From Octopus bimaculoides (lineage: Eukaryota): 64,000 bases of DNA. Positions 37,201 through 46,800 of this stretch are shown one piece after another. Location of the stretch: the NCBI RefSeq assembly GCF_001194135.2, contig NC_068999.1, forward strand, positions 30,363,369 to 30,427,368, in the 5' to 3' direction. Each line of letters begins with the position of its first letter. The first letter of the stretch is position 1. The notes below the pieces were generated by a model. That model was not told the DNA's origin. It searched no databases and saw only the letters and a list, made by a program, of their open reading frames with translations. Position numbers and translations under genes: made by a program.

Positions 37201-40200
37201 CATTGAATGTTTAGTTCATCCAGAATGCCCCTACTTTCTCCTCTCCAGTGTTTTGGCCTTAGAACCTTTGTTGAAGAGGATATAGAGTTTGAAGGATATC
37301 CCACTTCAATTGGGTCACAGAAGAGCTGTATTGGCATATGTGGATGTCACTATCATTGTGCTGGACACTGGATATAGAAGACAGTGACACTTATACTGAA
37401 AGATTACCATATATGTACAGAAGTATGCATAAACAAGGTCAAGTTGGTGGGCTTGCAGCTAGGTACTTGGGGAAGCAAGTCCATGTTGGCTAGTAGCAAT
37501 TTTAGTTACTGGACCAACATATTAGTCAAGCACTGAGGTTGACATAATTGACTAACCACCTCTACTCAAAACTGTTGGTCTTGTATTATTATTATTAAGG
37601 TGGTGTGATAGCAGGATGGTTAGCTTGTTGGACAAAATGCTCAGGCTCTTTATGTTGCGAGTTCTAATTAGCCTGAGGTTGACTTTGCCTTTCCTCCTTT
37701 TGGGACCAATAGAATAAGTTCCAGTTGAGCACTGGAGTCGATGTGAACGACTAATCTCCATCTCCATAAAAAATTACTGGATTTCTGTCAAAATTTGAAA
37801 CCATCATTTTTTTTTATTGTTAATTTATTTTCAGGACATGTTGGTGATATGTCAAGACAGTGATATGGAATTCTGGGCTGATCTCAGTGAAAATGGCTCT
37901 GACTCTGATGTGGAGTTGTCTGAGGCTGTGAGTACTCCTGTTTCTTGCAAGTGTATATTATCAATGTTGTATGTGTGGCTGGAATGTGTATAGTAATAAT
38001 CAGGACCTTGTCCCTTACCTTCTCTTGTTTTTTACTTGTTTGTGATAGATATGTTATTTCTTTGATACATCTGTCAGGTTGACTGCAGTCTGCAACCATT
38101 GCTATGTAGTTAAGAAGTTCATTTTGCAGTAACATGGTATGTGGGCCTATATATACGTGTGTGTATGTGTGTGTGCATAACCATGATAAAGCAGACCCCA
38201 CTGGTGTCACATAAAATGCACCCAATCCCCCCTGTAAAGCGGTTGGCATAGGAAGGGTATCCAGCTGTAAAAACCATACCAAAATAGACAGTGGAACTTG
38301 GTGCAGTCCTCTGGCTTACCAGCTCTTGTCAAACCATCCAGCCCATTCACCATGGAAAATGGATGTTGATGATGATATATGGTTCAAAATTATACAAATA
38401 ACAAAGATCAGTGTATTAGTTTGATCCTTGGGGAAACTGGAAGAAGTCTCTTTCGTTTCAAGCCTAGGGTCTCTTCCACTGAAAGGTATGAAGAGAGAAA
38501 ACAGATGGAAAGAAAAAAAATGTGTCTGAATTACCAGATGCACATGTTGAACTGATAAGGAAGGAAGTGGTTGGAGATGTGGGTGGCAAGGGAGACAACA
38601 GTAACCTGGCTAAAGTGTTTGTGCATAGGCATGTGTGAGTATGTGAAGGATAATGTACTTGTGTATATATGTGTGTATTACAGTTCTATATTTAAGAGAT
38701 GAGGAATTATTTACATTATTTACATTTGACGGATATTTCTTCTCATCTTGTTTGTTGTTAACACAACGTTTCGGCTGATATACCTGGGTTCTCATTCCTA
38801 ACGATGTTACTACTATTATTATATTATTATTATTACTATTAATAATAGTAATAATAATAATATAATAGTAGTAGTAACATCGTTAGGAATGAGAACCCAG
38901 GTTCGAAATTTCCCCAAGACACCTGACGAAAGCTGGAGGGTATATCAGCCGAAACGTTGTGTTAACAACAAACAAGATGAGGAGAAATATCCGTCAAATG
39001 TAAATAATGTAAATAATGTATATGTGTGTATGTGGGCATGAAGATTATGTGAGCATGTGTATGTATGGAAGCAACTGTGTGTGTAAGTGGCAGTCAGATA
39101 TATGCATGTGTGTGACACTAATATGTGCATGTGTACCATGTGTTTATGTATGTGTATATATGTGAGTGTGAATGTCCCTGTTTTCAGATGGTGTGTATGA
39201 AGTTGATGTGGTGTATGTATATTTTGTGTTTGTACATAATTATGTGTGTTTGAGGCTATATGAGGCATGTGTGTGTTTTAGGGAGATGTATGTGGGTTGA
39301 CCTAGATGGAGCTGTCAGGTGAAATAGGCATGACAGTGGAGGTAGGTGTTGGGAGATATTGGTGCATGACGATATATTGGGTCAGCCCATAAATAATGCG
39401 GTCTTTTCAATTGCATGAACTAAAAGTTAGAGGGGTATGGAATAAACTACCCGCATCAACTTGCTATAAAAGCAGATATAAATTTTACCTTGTACTTATT
39501 CTTAGTACAAGTTTTGAACAGTGCAGTTCGATTTTAACAGTTATTTTTTCAAAACTATAAAGGAACATATTTGGCATATTTTGCTTTATGAGTTCAATAA
39601 AGGCATCGACGCAATGGAAAGTGTGAGAAATATTAGTGCAGTATTTGGGGATCGGATAACAAGCGTAAGCTAGTGTCAATGATGGTTCCAGAAGTTCTGA
39701 GCTGGAAACTGCAGCCTAGAAGGCGAGCCTTGTCCTGGAAGATCTGTAGAGCTCAATAAGGACGTCCTGCAAACCCTGGTGGAACAAAATCCCATCATAA
39801 CTGTTGAGGAACTAGTTGAAGAGATTAGATGGGAGTGTGGATTCTGATGTGTGTGTGTGTGTGCATAAATGTATATACATTTATGCTGTAGGGGCATAAT
39901 GGCATGTATGTATGCATATTTATAGGTGTATGTATATGCTGTAGGGGTATAATCGTGCGTGTGGTATGCGTAATAAGTATAATGGTGTAGAAAGTTGTGT
40001 TGGAAGTAGAGGAGGAAGGACAGTGAAATGTAGCAGGTGTGTGGTGTGTGTAGAAGTGAAGAATTGAGATCATGTGGGACTGAGGAATGAGAGAGAAAAC
40101 AAATTCCTGCTCTTGGCAGGTCAGTCTGACAGTCTGACAAATATTGCAGGGAATAACTGGCTGAGCGGAAGTGGCGCGAGACTGAGGTGTCGTTGCTGAG

Positions 40201-42436
40201 GCTGATCATCCCAGAAATGTTCGGTAAACTGGTAGCTAGGTTCCAGCCAGTTTGACCAAAGTACTAGGAGTGAGAGAGCAAAGGATGCAGTAGATAACAT
40301 TGCTGGCAGTCCAGGTGAATGATTGGTAATGTGGCAGTCTGAATGACAGCAAGGGAAGAAGCCAGGCTGGGTGCTAGGAGTGGGGAAGAAGCTATGGACC
40401 AGAAGGTCACATAGGTTATGGGCACATTTGGAGGGGAGGTGTGGTTGAGAAAGATGTGGGAGGTCTAGGGGTTTCCCATTGACAGGCTTCTGATATTAAA
40501 TAAAGTGTTAAACACATAGTTTGCAAATTAGTTGTTGCAGTTCTCTAGAGCTACTGGATTTAATGTGTATGTAAAGAAATTGGCTACTTGTCTCTCTGGG
40601 ATTAGTTAAGTGATATAGACACCTGATGTGACCTCAATAAAGACTGAAAATCAATTAAGGGTGTTCATCATTTTTTTAAAGCTACAGAAACCGGTAAATA
40701 TGACATGTTCGTATGTCTACTGTGTAGGTTTATATGTATAGCAACAAGCTACTTTCAATGTATTGAGTAAGACTTTAAACCGTATCTGATAGTGGGGCCT
40801 TGATACAGGATTTCCAGGGTTTTAAAGAGTGTGGAACCACTTCTTGCCACTATTAATCCCAGGTCTACTCTGATCCAGTGTAGTAACACCTGTTAGGATC
40901 CCAGCTAACCCCGTTAGTGTTAACTAGCATGTGTACCATTCACTTAACCAGGTTCTGATAATTGTTGGTGATTTAGTCAGTGGACACTCTACAATCATCA
41001 ACAATTGATAGTAAGATGAGCTGCTATGGATCACACTATCCCAAAATGTGTATGCATGTGATTGGAGACCACAATGTATTCTCACTGAAACTCTGAACAA
41101 CTCTACACCTCAATAACAAATGACTCCGGCTAAGGCATCTATGCTGTCCAACATGCTGCTCTCCCAGTGGGGCATCTGTCAAATTTGCAAGCAGGATTTT
41201 TAGTCTGTTGGTAGAAGCATTACTTTGTTTGCTGGAACATTAGGGCTGACCATTGGATGTGGTCAGCGTTTGTGAGAGATGTGGTGAACTTGGTCAAAGC
41301 CAGCTCAACTCACTCCAGGTGAATGTCGCCACAAGTACAAGAATGTACATGCAGTGGGACTGAACTCAGAACCATGTGGTTGGGAAGCAGACTTCTTACC
41401 ACATAGCCATGCCTGCACCTTTGTATATATATCATTTATGTATATGTGTATATCCTTTAGTAATGTGCGGTTATGAAATTGTAAACATTACCAAAAAACT
41501 GATAAGCCTTTGCTTTCTAACAAAAATTCCTTGTGATATTTTGGTCTGCCCAAGTTACACACGCTTAACTGTGAACCAGTTGGAAATCTATAACCAAAAG
41601 CACTATTGTTCACAAAATATATAAAACTAAAAGTAACCAAGTGAAGATGACCATTTATTATAGAAATTTGTTATAGTCAAGTTATGACATGAGTTAATAG
41701 TAGCTTAGAGAATGAGGTGGTGAGTTGTAAAATTATAGGAGAACTGGTGTTTGATAGATCAGACTTTACACAGGGATAGTTTGGTAGATCATACACCTGA
41801 TTCCTATTTTACCCTTTATTACACATTTCAACATATTTCTTTGTTTTTTCTTTTTATTTTCAGGACAAATGGTGCTGTTCCAAATGTCATGCTTTTAATT
41901 CTCCTATACATCGACTCTGTGATATATGTTGGACCATACGGCCTGGTTGGCTCCCTAATTATGACAGTCAGAAGAATTCAAATGAAGATACAGAATCTAC
42001 TGATGAACTTACCAATTGTGGGGAAAGAGGAGTGAACGTGAAAACTGAGAAGTCATCGACATCAGATGACTGTCCAATAGATAAAGTGTGTCAAATTCGC
42101 AATACCCTGTCTAACATTTGTTATTACTCAGAAACAGATATTCCAGCACGAAGAACACGAAACCAAACTGGCAGCAGGAAAAGACGGTTAACGTCTGAAT
42201 CTGAAGAAAGTGATATATCTGGTAAAATACGGTGTTTAACTTCACCAGAGAAACTACCTACGCCAGGAGTGTGTTTGATATGTTCACAAAACCCAAGGGA
42301 TGCTTCTTTAATACATGGTACCTCTGGTCACCAGATTTGTTGTCTCACATGTGCAAAGAAATTAAAACGTAAAGGGCACAAATGTCCTATTTGTCGGCGC
42401 ACTATTCAAAAAGTTGTCCGAAATTATTTGACATGA
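6352..42436 (+). CDS. MDM2: MDM2/MDM4-family E3 ubiquitin ligase, multi-exon gene (14 readable coding exons; initiator exon not identified). Architecture: SWIB-1, linker, SWIB-2, Ser/Thr-rich, acidic, RanBP2-type zinc finger, RING
   Basis: GT-AG bounded exons join in one open frame, and their translations match MDM2 domains: PKPEFLKLLQSVGA, YLKKYI..LYD..CSNDKLG, VYVEYEV, WCCSKC..N......CDICW, CLIC..H..GH..CC..C..CPIC. The 75-nt and 134-nt SWIB exon sizes and phases equal those I recall for vertebrate MDM2. Confidence 0.93.
7865..7998 (+). CDS. MDM2: MDM2 exon, SWIB-1 part b: IIRYLKKYISSHMLYDPLKPWLVHCSNDKLGKVFRRNHFTVVDV(R) (134 nt, phase 0-2)
   Basis: ttttcag acceptor and AG|gtgaga donor. Aligns ungapped with human [45 protein letters not shown]. 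Confidence 0.95.
10332..10392 (+). CDS. MDM2: MDM2 exon, SWIB-1 part c: (R)GLLYQNVTFSNKSNSFNSNE (61 nt, phase 2-0)
   Basis: ttgtag acceptor after a T-rich tract and GAG|gtaaga donor. LLYQNV resembles human MIYRNL, and the phase fits the previous exon. Confidence 0.82.
12005..12970. mobile_element. Penelope-type pseudo-LTR structure: direct repeat plus inverted repeat carrying hammerhead motifs
   Basis: Direct repeat of about 80 bp (12005-12083 and 12683-12765). Inverted repeat of about 155-165 bp (12315-12480 and 12815-12970) containing GAAAC-AGCT-GTA. Confidence 0.65.
12838..12872 (+). ncRNA. Degenerate minimal type-I hammerhead ribozyme motif
   Basis: CTGATGA-tagaatatccca-GAAAC-AGCT-GTA-agac. 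The partner copy on the minus strand at 12405-12460 retains stem-I gtct and a long stem II. Confidence 0.6.
13428..13449 (+). CDS. MDM2: MDM2 linker micro-exon: EDSCDSD(G/A) (22 nt, phase 0-1)
   Basis: Long pyrimidine tract ending ctccag and a perfect G|gtaagt donor. Supplies the phase 0 to 1 change needed for the next exon. Confidence 0.7.
13582..14434 (+). mobile_element. Internally deleted mariner transposon relic
   Basis: Translation KFCFLL..SKTQVYEWFSHF..ILSKELRMKRVAAKFLPCLL..DPDLFLKVIIGDE jumps to FADVEEVK..FQHCLKQWK..NGEYFEGD. Degenerate TIRs (gagggtatccaaaag / tttgggtacccgctc) with TA flanks. Confidence 0.85.
14998..18457 (-). mobile_element. Ty3/gypsy LTR retrotransposon, internally deleted and degraded, antisense within an MDM2 intron
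   Basis: LTRs at 14998-15236 and 18209-18457 (TG...CA/TA), with CTAGT TSD at 14993-14997 and 18458-18462. Contains gag (MDAKMFER.., CFWC..H knuckle), RT N-terminus (IIQESRSPW..RLVTDY..LDVYP), RNase H end (ISYRPGTQN..LSR) and integrase HHCC plus core (LCHPG..CFTC..PWECLSID..LVIVDEYSRYP). Order is RT-RH-IN. Confidence 0.92.
18852..18907 (+). CDS. MDM2: MDM2 linker exon: (A)TEVLDSSKSDSEHTSSQM (56 nt, phase 1-0)
   Basis: tttcag acceptor, ATG|gtaaat donor, open frame, Ser/acidic composition, phases compatible with both neighbours. Confidence 0.7.
19400..19620 (-). mobile_element. SINE with central gcctttcatcctttcggggtc..aataagt domain (MetaSINE-like; name tentative)
   Basis: The same domain occurs at 25296-25430 (-), 35060-35240 (+), 37600-37770 (+) and 63690-63880 (+). 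Confidence 0.65.
20860..20934 (+). CDS. MDM2: MDM2 linker exon preceding SWIB-2: MLPRDDVITSSTSEPVNLSQNSSPL (75 nt, phase 0-0)
   Basis: ttctcag acceptor, perfect TTG|gtaagt donor, open frame. Confidence 0.68.
21096..21420 (+). mobile_element. SINE: tRNA-like head, internal TG microsatellite, catggaaa..gatga tail
   Basis: Colinear with 46950-47320. Confidence 0.65.
21640..22540 (+). mobile_element. Degraded Penelope-like RT fragment
   Basis: Interrupted frames give IKSSDKGGTIVVV, VDIYSLY and LVLTFNCLSFSGEFYKQVTGVALGTRM, which are Penelope-like RT motifs. Confidence 0.65.
23241..23315 (+). CDS. MDM2: MDM2 exon, SWIB-2 part a: YSVKPSFLEILHVAGAKGYMFTEKE (75 nt, phase 0-0)
   Basis: atttcag acceptor and GAG|gtatgt donor. 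10/25 identical to the exon at 6352, with the same length and phases. Confidence 0.92.
23958..24091 (+). CDS. MDM2: MDM2 exon, SWIB-2 part b: IFRYLKHYIWSRKLFDPEQPWIFLCHNDRLADVFKLEKFIIYDV(P) (134 nt, phase 0-2)
   Basis: ttgcag acceptor and CC|gtaagt donor. 22/44 identical to the exon at 7865, with the same length and phases. Confidence 0.94.
24548..24623 (+). CDS. MDM2: MDM2 exon, SWIB-2 part c: (P)SLIARYGIESPEYHPKLTKRLNSEE (76 nt, phase 2-0)
   Basis: tcctcag acceptor, GAA|gtaaga donor, phase 2 start as required. Positional counterpart of the exon at 10332. Confidence 0.8.
25460..25580 (+). mobile_element. Young SINE 3' portion with (GAT)n tail and a small internal deletion
   Basis: Inverted near-identical partner of 4611-4762. 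Lacks the ctgtagaaactctgccaaat segment. Confidence 0.85.
25693..25828 (+). CDS. MDM2: MDM2 exon, Ser/Thr-rich: LKEMLDTNSRLTSHSSAPGQMQSTPSDITSSTSETTTTQTSSSLL(E) (136 nt, phase 0-1)
   Basis: aatag acceptor after a pyrimidine tract, G|gtttgt donor, 45 open codons in AT-rich surroundings. Confidence 0.78.
27171..27250 (+). CDS. MDM2: MDM2 exon: (E)ESLRASTSCSPSTSFTLTLEMNNENE (phase 1-0). Donor uncertain; an alternative end is 27265 (adds VLSIE)
   Basis: Strong ctcttcag acceptor and phase 1 start fit the previous exon. Candidate donors are gtattg (27251) and gtagga (27266). Confidence 0.7.
27848..29234 (+). mobile_element. Degraded Tc1-family transposon
   Basis: MSRKCDLTASEKSVI..STLEISKIIGRSHQTVKKF (HTH), IFMQDNAPLH and WTPCSFNLNPIKNLW. 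Degenerate TIRs (cagtgagtttttaagttatt / aataatttgaaacacagtg) with TA flanks. Confidence 0.85.
29312..29411. other. Assembly gap (100 N) inside an MDM2 intron; a second gap is at 56919-57132
   Basis: Runs of N. A round 100-N gap usually denotes unknown size. Confidence 0.99.
29450..31510 (+). mobile_element. Degraded RTE-clade LINE (RT region with PHD-like finger)
   Basis: WWNDIVDKAI, NYRGFKLLDQVMKVIERI, GVHQGSVLSPLLF..LLYTNDLVL, ICGKG..WIHKRC..CGNC. Confidence 0.85.
31750..32450 (-). mobile_element. Degraded Penelope-like 3' fragment
   Basis: Weak, interrupted minus-strand similarity to the post-RT and GIY-YIG region. Confidence 0.35.
32600..33580 (+). mobile_element. Helitron RepHel PIF1-helicase relic
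   Basis: FLDAPGGTEKTF (mutated Walker A), LAVVSSGI..LLPGSRTTHATFTLP, LIIWDE..MSH, GDFR*TLQV, GQTLKVAGL, and C-terminal GKT*NIVY. Confidence 0.85.
34216..34300. repeat. (TG)n/(TATG)n microsatellite. Other microsatellites at 1-21 (TA), 831-866 (CA), 13106-13160 (TA), 27567-27620 (CA) and 61862-61908 (TA/TACA)
   Basis: Directly visible. Confidence 0.95.
34596..34700 (+). CDS. MDM2: MDM2 exon, acidic domain: SEDPVEDVYVEYEVMSNTSSVQISDSEDDQPQVAM (105 nt, phase 0-0)
   Basis: ctttcag acceptor and ATG|gtaacc donor. VYVEYEV matches human FSVEFEV of the acidic domain. Confidence 0.88.
35900..37500 (-). mobile_element. Highly degraded Penelope-like element
   Basis: Scattered minus-strand remnants of RT and GIY-YIG motifs with many stops. 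Confidence 0.4.
37835..37927 (+). CDS. MDM2: MDM2 exon, acidic domain C-terminal part: DMLVICQDSDMEFWADLSENGSDSDVELSEA (93 nt, phase 0-0)
   Basis: ttttcag acceptor and GCT|gtgagt donor. Ends ELSEA just before the zinc-finger exon, like human EISLA|DYWKC. Confidence 0.9.
38707..39016. repeat. Near-perfect foldback: 78-bp outer arms and 58-bp inner arms, with a 37-nt one-sided insert
   Basis: 38707-38784 pairs with 38939-39016 (1 mismatch). 38783-38840 pairs with 38844-38901 (1 mismatch, aat loop). Confidence 0.95.
38918..38963 (+). ncRNA. Minimal type-I hammerhead ribozyme motif (dimer type)
   Basis: gacac-CTGACGA-a-agctg-gagggtatat-cagcc-GAAAC-GTT-gtgtt. Stem I is gacac/gtgtt, stem II is gctg/cagc, and stem III is the palindromic AACGTT. 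Confidence 0.72.
39377..39840 (+). mobile_element. 5' fragment of a mariner transposon
   Basis: LLYEFNKG..AVFG..WFQKF..SLEGEPCPGR..LQTLVEQNPIITVEEL, preceded by a ttgggtcagcccataaataatgc TIR-like end. Confidence 0.75.
41864..42436 (+). CDS. MDM2: MDM2 terminal coding exon: RanBP2-type C4 zinc finger (DKWCCSKCHAFNSPIHRLCDICW) plus C2H2C4 RING (CLICSQNPRDASLIHGTSGHQICCLTCAKKLKRKGHKCPICRRTIQKVVRNYLT*)
   Basis: tttcag acceptor, 190 codons plus TGA. In frame with ORF-track 42032..42436. Shows the MDM-specific RING spacing with two His ligands and a basic KKLKRK segment. Confidence 0.96.
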   Translation, partial: DKWCCSKCHAFNSPIHRLCDICWTIRPGWLPNYDSQKNSNEDTESTDELTNCGERGVNVKTEKSSTSDDCPIDKVCQIRNTLSNICYYSETDIPARRTRNQTGSRKRRLTSESEESDISGKIRCLTSPEKLPTPGVCLICSQNPRDASLIHGTSGHQICCLTCAKKLKRKGHKCPICRRTIQKVVRNYLT

Positions 42437-43389
42437 AACACTAACAAATTATCATTTTGGCTGTGATTTATAGAATTTATATTCATCCAATCTAGATATT
42501 TACTTGACCAAATTGTTTAATGTTTCCTTCAATTGGGTACATCTTGCTAAGGTTATTTATTTCTATCTTATGCTCACCTCAATACAACACATTGATGACT
42601 TTTCAAAACAATTTTTTTACCAAAACAACAAAAATTATTTATATGAAGAAAAAAAATTGAAAATACAGCAAAAATATTCCCTCCCTCCCCTTAAAATTTG
42701 AAAAAATTGTTTAATAATAAATAATATGATATATTGACACTTACATCATATCATAAATGAGGTCATTCACTGCTATAACATTGAAGTAATGTGTTATATT
42801 GATAAACTCCTATATGTATATGATACCAGATCTATACACTGCTGAAGACATGTATTATAGATGTCTTTATCAGACAGATTTTAATACATTTTTATTCTGC
42901 AGCTGAGACCAAAATTCTGTTCAAAATTGTTTTCCCTCTCTATCATATTGAATCTGGGACCAAAATAAAGAAACCTGCATATAACAGTGTTACAAACTCC
43001 CTTGCTTCAAACAAGTAGTATTACAAAGATGCTCGTTAAAACTTTTGAAATAATTCTACAAGGCTACCCACAGAATCACTGTATATACAACCCGGCATAT
43101 AATATTACCAGATTGGACACAATTAATTTAAGAATAACCCCTCCACACACAAACCACACTCTCTTGTCCTCCCCTTTGAAATATTCTTCAAATTTTTTAA
43201 AGAATTTCTTTCCAAATGTCCTTATTTAATGAAGAATTTTTATTTCACTGTCCATAAACAGAAAGTTTCTAGAAATGTCAGCCCTGTTGACTAAAATATC
43301 TTTTGAGTTTATTTATAAAAAGAACTTGTATTTATAAAAGGAACTTGTATGTAAAATTTTGTTATTGTTTATATTTGAATATTTGATGG

Positions 43390-43806
43390 TGGTACTGTAG
43401 AAGTGAGATATTAGGGGTGGGGTACTTTACAGATATTAGTGTTTGGGTACTGTACAGCTGAGATAGTGGTATTGGGGTACTGTACAAGAGAGATGTTGGG
43501 GTTGGGATATTGTACAGGTGAAATGTTGAGGTACAGTACAGATGAGATGAGATGTTGCTGTTGGAGTACTATACAGGTGAGATATTGGACTTGGGGTACA
43601 GTACAGGTGAGATGTTGGTGTTTGGGTACTGGACAGGTGAGATGTTGATGTCTGGGTTGGTGAAATATTGATGTTGGAGTACTGTACAGGTGAGGTATTA
43701 GTAAAGTGGTATTGTTGTATAGGTGAGACTGTGGTATTGTTGTATAGGCGGTTAGTGGTGTACAGGTGACATATTGGTAAGGTGGTGGTATTCAGATGAG
43801 ATATTG
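43390..43806. repeat. Degenerate minisatellite, unit about 30 bp (ggtactgtacaggtgagatgttggtgttg), roughly 13-14 copies
   Basis: Recurring gtactgtacaggtgagat motif visible throughout. Confidence 0.85.
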
Positions 43807-46800
43807 TGCAAAGTTAATTTTTGTTGATAGATTTTCTAAATGTATTTTCTGTGAATATGTAGTTATGAAGAGAGATAATAGTACTTTGTGGTAGTGTTTT
43901 GCATTTTGAGTTTTTCAAAATGATTATGCAAAAAGTAATTTTCTAGCTGGAGTTAGTTTTTGTGCAGTTCTTTTCTAATGGTGTCCGTACACAGAAATAT
44001 TTCTCTGCAATGGACCTACCACATTTAATAGACAAAGGGGCCACAATTATATATTTAAGATAGTTTTATTATTATTAAGTAGATTTGATGTTAGTATAAC
44101 TAGTACTACTGCATAGTTTAGAAAACTGAAATGAACTGTAAAAGTTGATTTAACAGACCTAAATATTATTCACTGTTTTAATATTTCATATTGGTTTCTT
44201 CTTACATTTGTACAAATTAGCATTAAAACAGCAGGGATATGATCAATTGAATCAAACCCTAATTTACAACAGTGTTTGACCCTGAACACTGTACTTTTGC
44301 TTTGTGTAGGTATCTGTTTCTGTATCCAAGAATGTATGATAGGATGTGTTATTCATGAGAAGAGATATACTACTGAAAATTGCAATAATCATCACTACAC
44401 TTCACCTGCCTTTACAGGATGCCATCTTAGTGTGTTACATGAAACTTGACATAAAGACAGCTGCTATAATTGAACTCCTCATTCTCAATCATCTCTCTTG
44501 CTATGTGTAGAATGAATTTTTATTCTTGACTTTTTGCATAGTTTTTTTTTTTCTTTTCTTTTTCATATAAATTTTCCATAACTTACCATAAAACGTCTAA
44601 AAGTATTTCTGAAAATAGATTATGTTTCACTCCTCTGATCATTCATGCTTATATTATCTTGGACTCTGCAATATTTAATGTGAGTTTTTATTGATGCTGT
44701 GTCCCGAATAAGTCTTATTTCCGTGTTAGTTGAGCTGGGTCTCTTAGTGTTTCATATCCTCAAAAAAGCTTATTGTTCATTCAAACAACTTATTTGTAGT
44801 GGGTAGTGAGAGTGTTTTGTCCGAGTTTGCTGTTGTTTGAATGTATTGGGGCTCTGTTTTTGAATCCTTTTAGGAGCAGAGAGATATCAAGTGAGTTTAA
44901 AATGTGATGCAAATATTTATGTACTGTTAGTATCATGGCCCTGTTAATTTTGTTCCTGGTTCATATATGGACAAAAAGACCTAAAACCAGCACAGATAAA
45001 CCAAGCTTTGTGCAGCAATGGCTTGACAGAATGGAAAAAAATATGCCTCTTATTTGTACAAGTTTACATACAACCAGTGTCTGTTAGTTTGTATGTATTT
45101 GGTAGAAGAAGAGTGACCTGAAGTATTGATGAAATGGCTGATAAAATTTCCATGAATTTTTTTTTGTAAAAATATGACAGACAAATTACTCTCTTGAAGG
45201 CTTTTATTTTTAATTGAAGTATAGGTTTTAACGTTTTTTTTTTTTTTTTATACTACCTCAACCTGTCAGCATTTTGATTATTTCAACACTAACAGATCCC
45301 CCTGATAGATTTAGATTTCTGCAGTGAAAACTTTGTAATATGATTACTTTTCTCTACTCCCATCATATAGCTTTTTCTGCTGTTTATATTTTTCTCAAAG
45401 CTGTAATTTGCCAGTAAATACTGAGAAACTGCCATTTTAAGTATCTAAGTTTAATTTTAACATTCCTTTAGTTTTTTTATCTGCATAGTTGAATGCTCTT
45501 GGTAGAAGCCTGATGGATTTTGGTCCTTATAAATTTCTAAAGCTGTAAGATGCAAGGAATTCATCAATGAATGGCTAATTCTTTCATCATGATCATATTT
45601 CTTGTATGTTTACATGAGTTGGAAATGTTTTCCTTATCACAGTATCTCACCATTTGTGGACCATTGTCATCTCTTGTAAGGTTCAGCATCTTGAGATTAA
45701 CTTTTGCTCTTCTACAATGTCCTTCTACTTGGATCCCTCGGCACTACTTTATCCAACTGTCATTGTCAATGCACATCACATGATTATAGAAGCACAGTCT
45801 GGTATGTACATCAGATCACTTGAGACATTCAGGTTTTCTTTCATCATATTTGTTCTTCATTGTTACACTAACATTACACAACTAGCAGTGTATACTCATT
45901 TCATTTCTTTCCAGCTTTGACATCCTATGCCCATATTTCACTACCCTGCAATACACAGTTCATATGCAAACATTGTAAACCTTGTTCTTCACTCTGAAAA
46001 TCTCTTTGTTACTAGCTGAATAGTACTTAGAACTTTATCCATCCTTTCTTACTCAAGTTACTAACTTCTGGAACACTCTCTTCCACTACTAATTAGGTTA
46101 ACTAGGTAACAAGCTTTTTTAACTTATAGGGAATATTTTATGGGTATTGTTACTGCTAACTACTTCTGCATAACAACTATGTACAAAGTTTTTCTTCTCT
46201 GACAACTTTCCTGCTATCTCACCTGCACACATTGGCTACATCATATAGAATTCCTTTTCTGCATCTCAAGCAAGGTTAATTCCCAGATGTTAGTAAATCC
46301 TGTCTTCTTTCCTATTACACTTTTGTCTTTGCTAAATTTACTTGAGGACTAATTGATTTTCATCCATGCATCTACATTTAAAATTATCACTAAATCTTCT
46401 ACAGAAATTACCTCTAGCCAGCCAGTCTGTTATTGTCTAAAGAGGTGATACCCGATAGATAACTCATCTGCACTCTAAATTCCCCACTGAGATCATTACT
46501 AACTTTCACCTGGCTGATATCATCTGTACATATCTTGCAAGCCATCCAACTACATCAAGTTCTCTTATAGACTGTCACACTGCAAATACTTGCTGTCATG
46601 ACCTTCACTTAAGAGCTTCTATAGTTGTGTTGCTAACAAGAGAGTATCAGTGAGGCGCCATCTTCAATAAATAAATCAGGGAATGTTACTTCATCCTAAA
46701 TGGAAACTAAATATTCTGATTAATCTTATAACTTAAAAATTATTTTCTTGGTTAAGCAGCATGACAGTAATGTTTCTCTGGGTGGTTATCTATATTGGCT

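Noticed and set aside
42716-42969. AATAAA hexamers as the MDM2 poly(A) signal
   Set aside because: Several candidates occur in very AT-rich DNA and cannot be chosen without 3'-end data.
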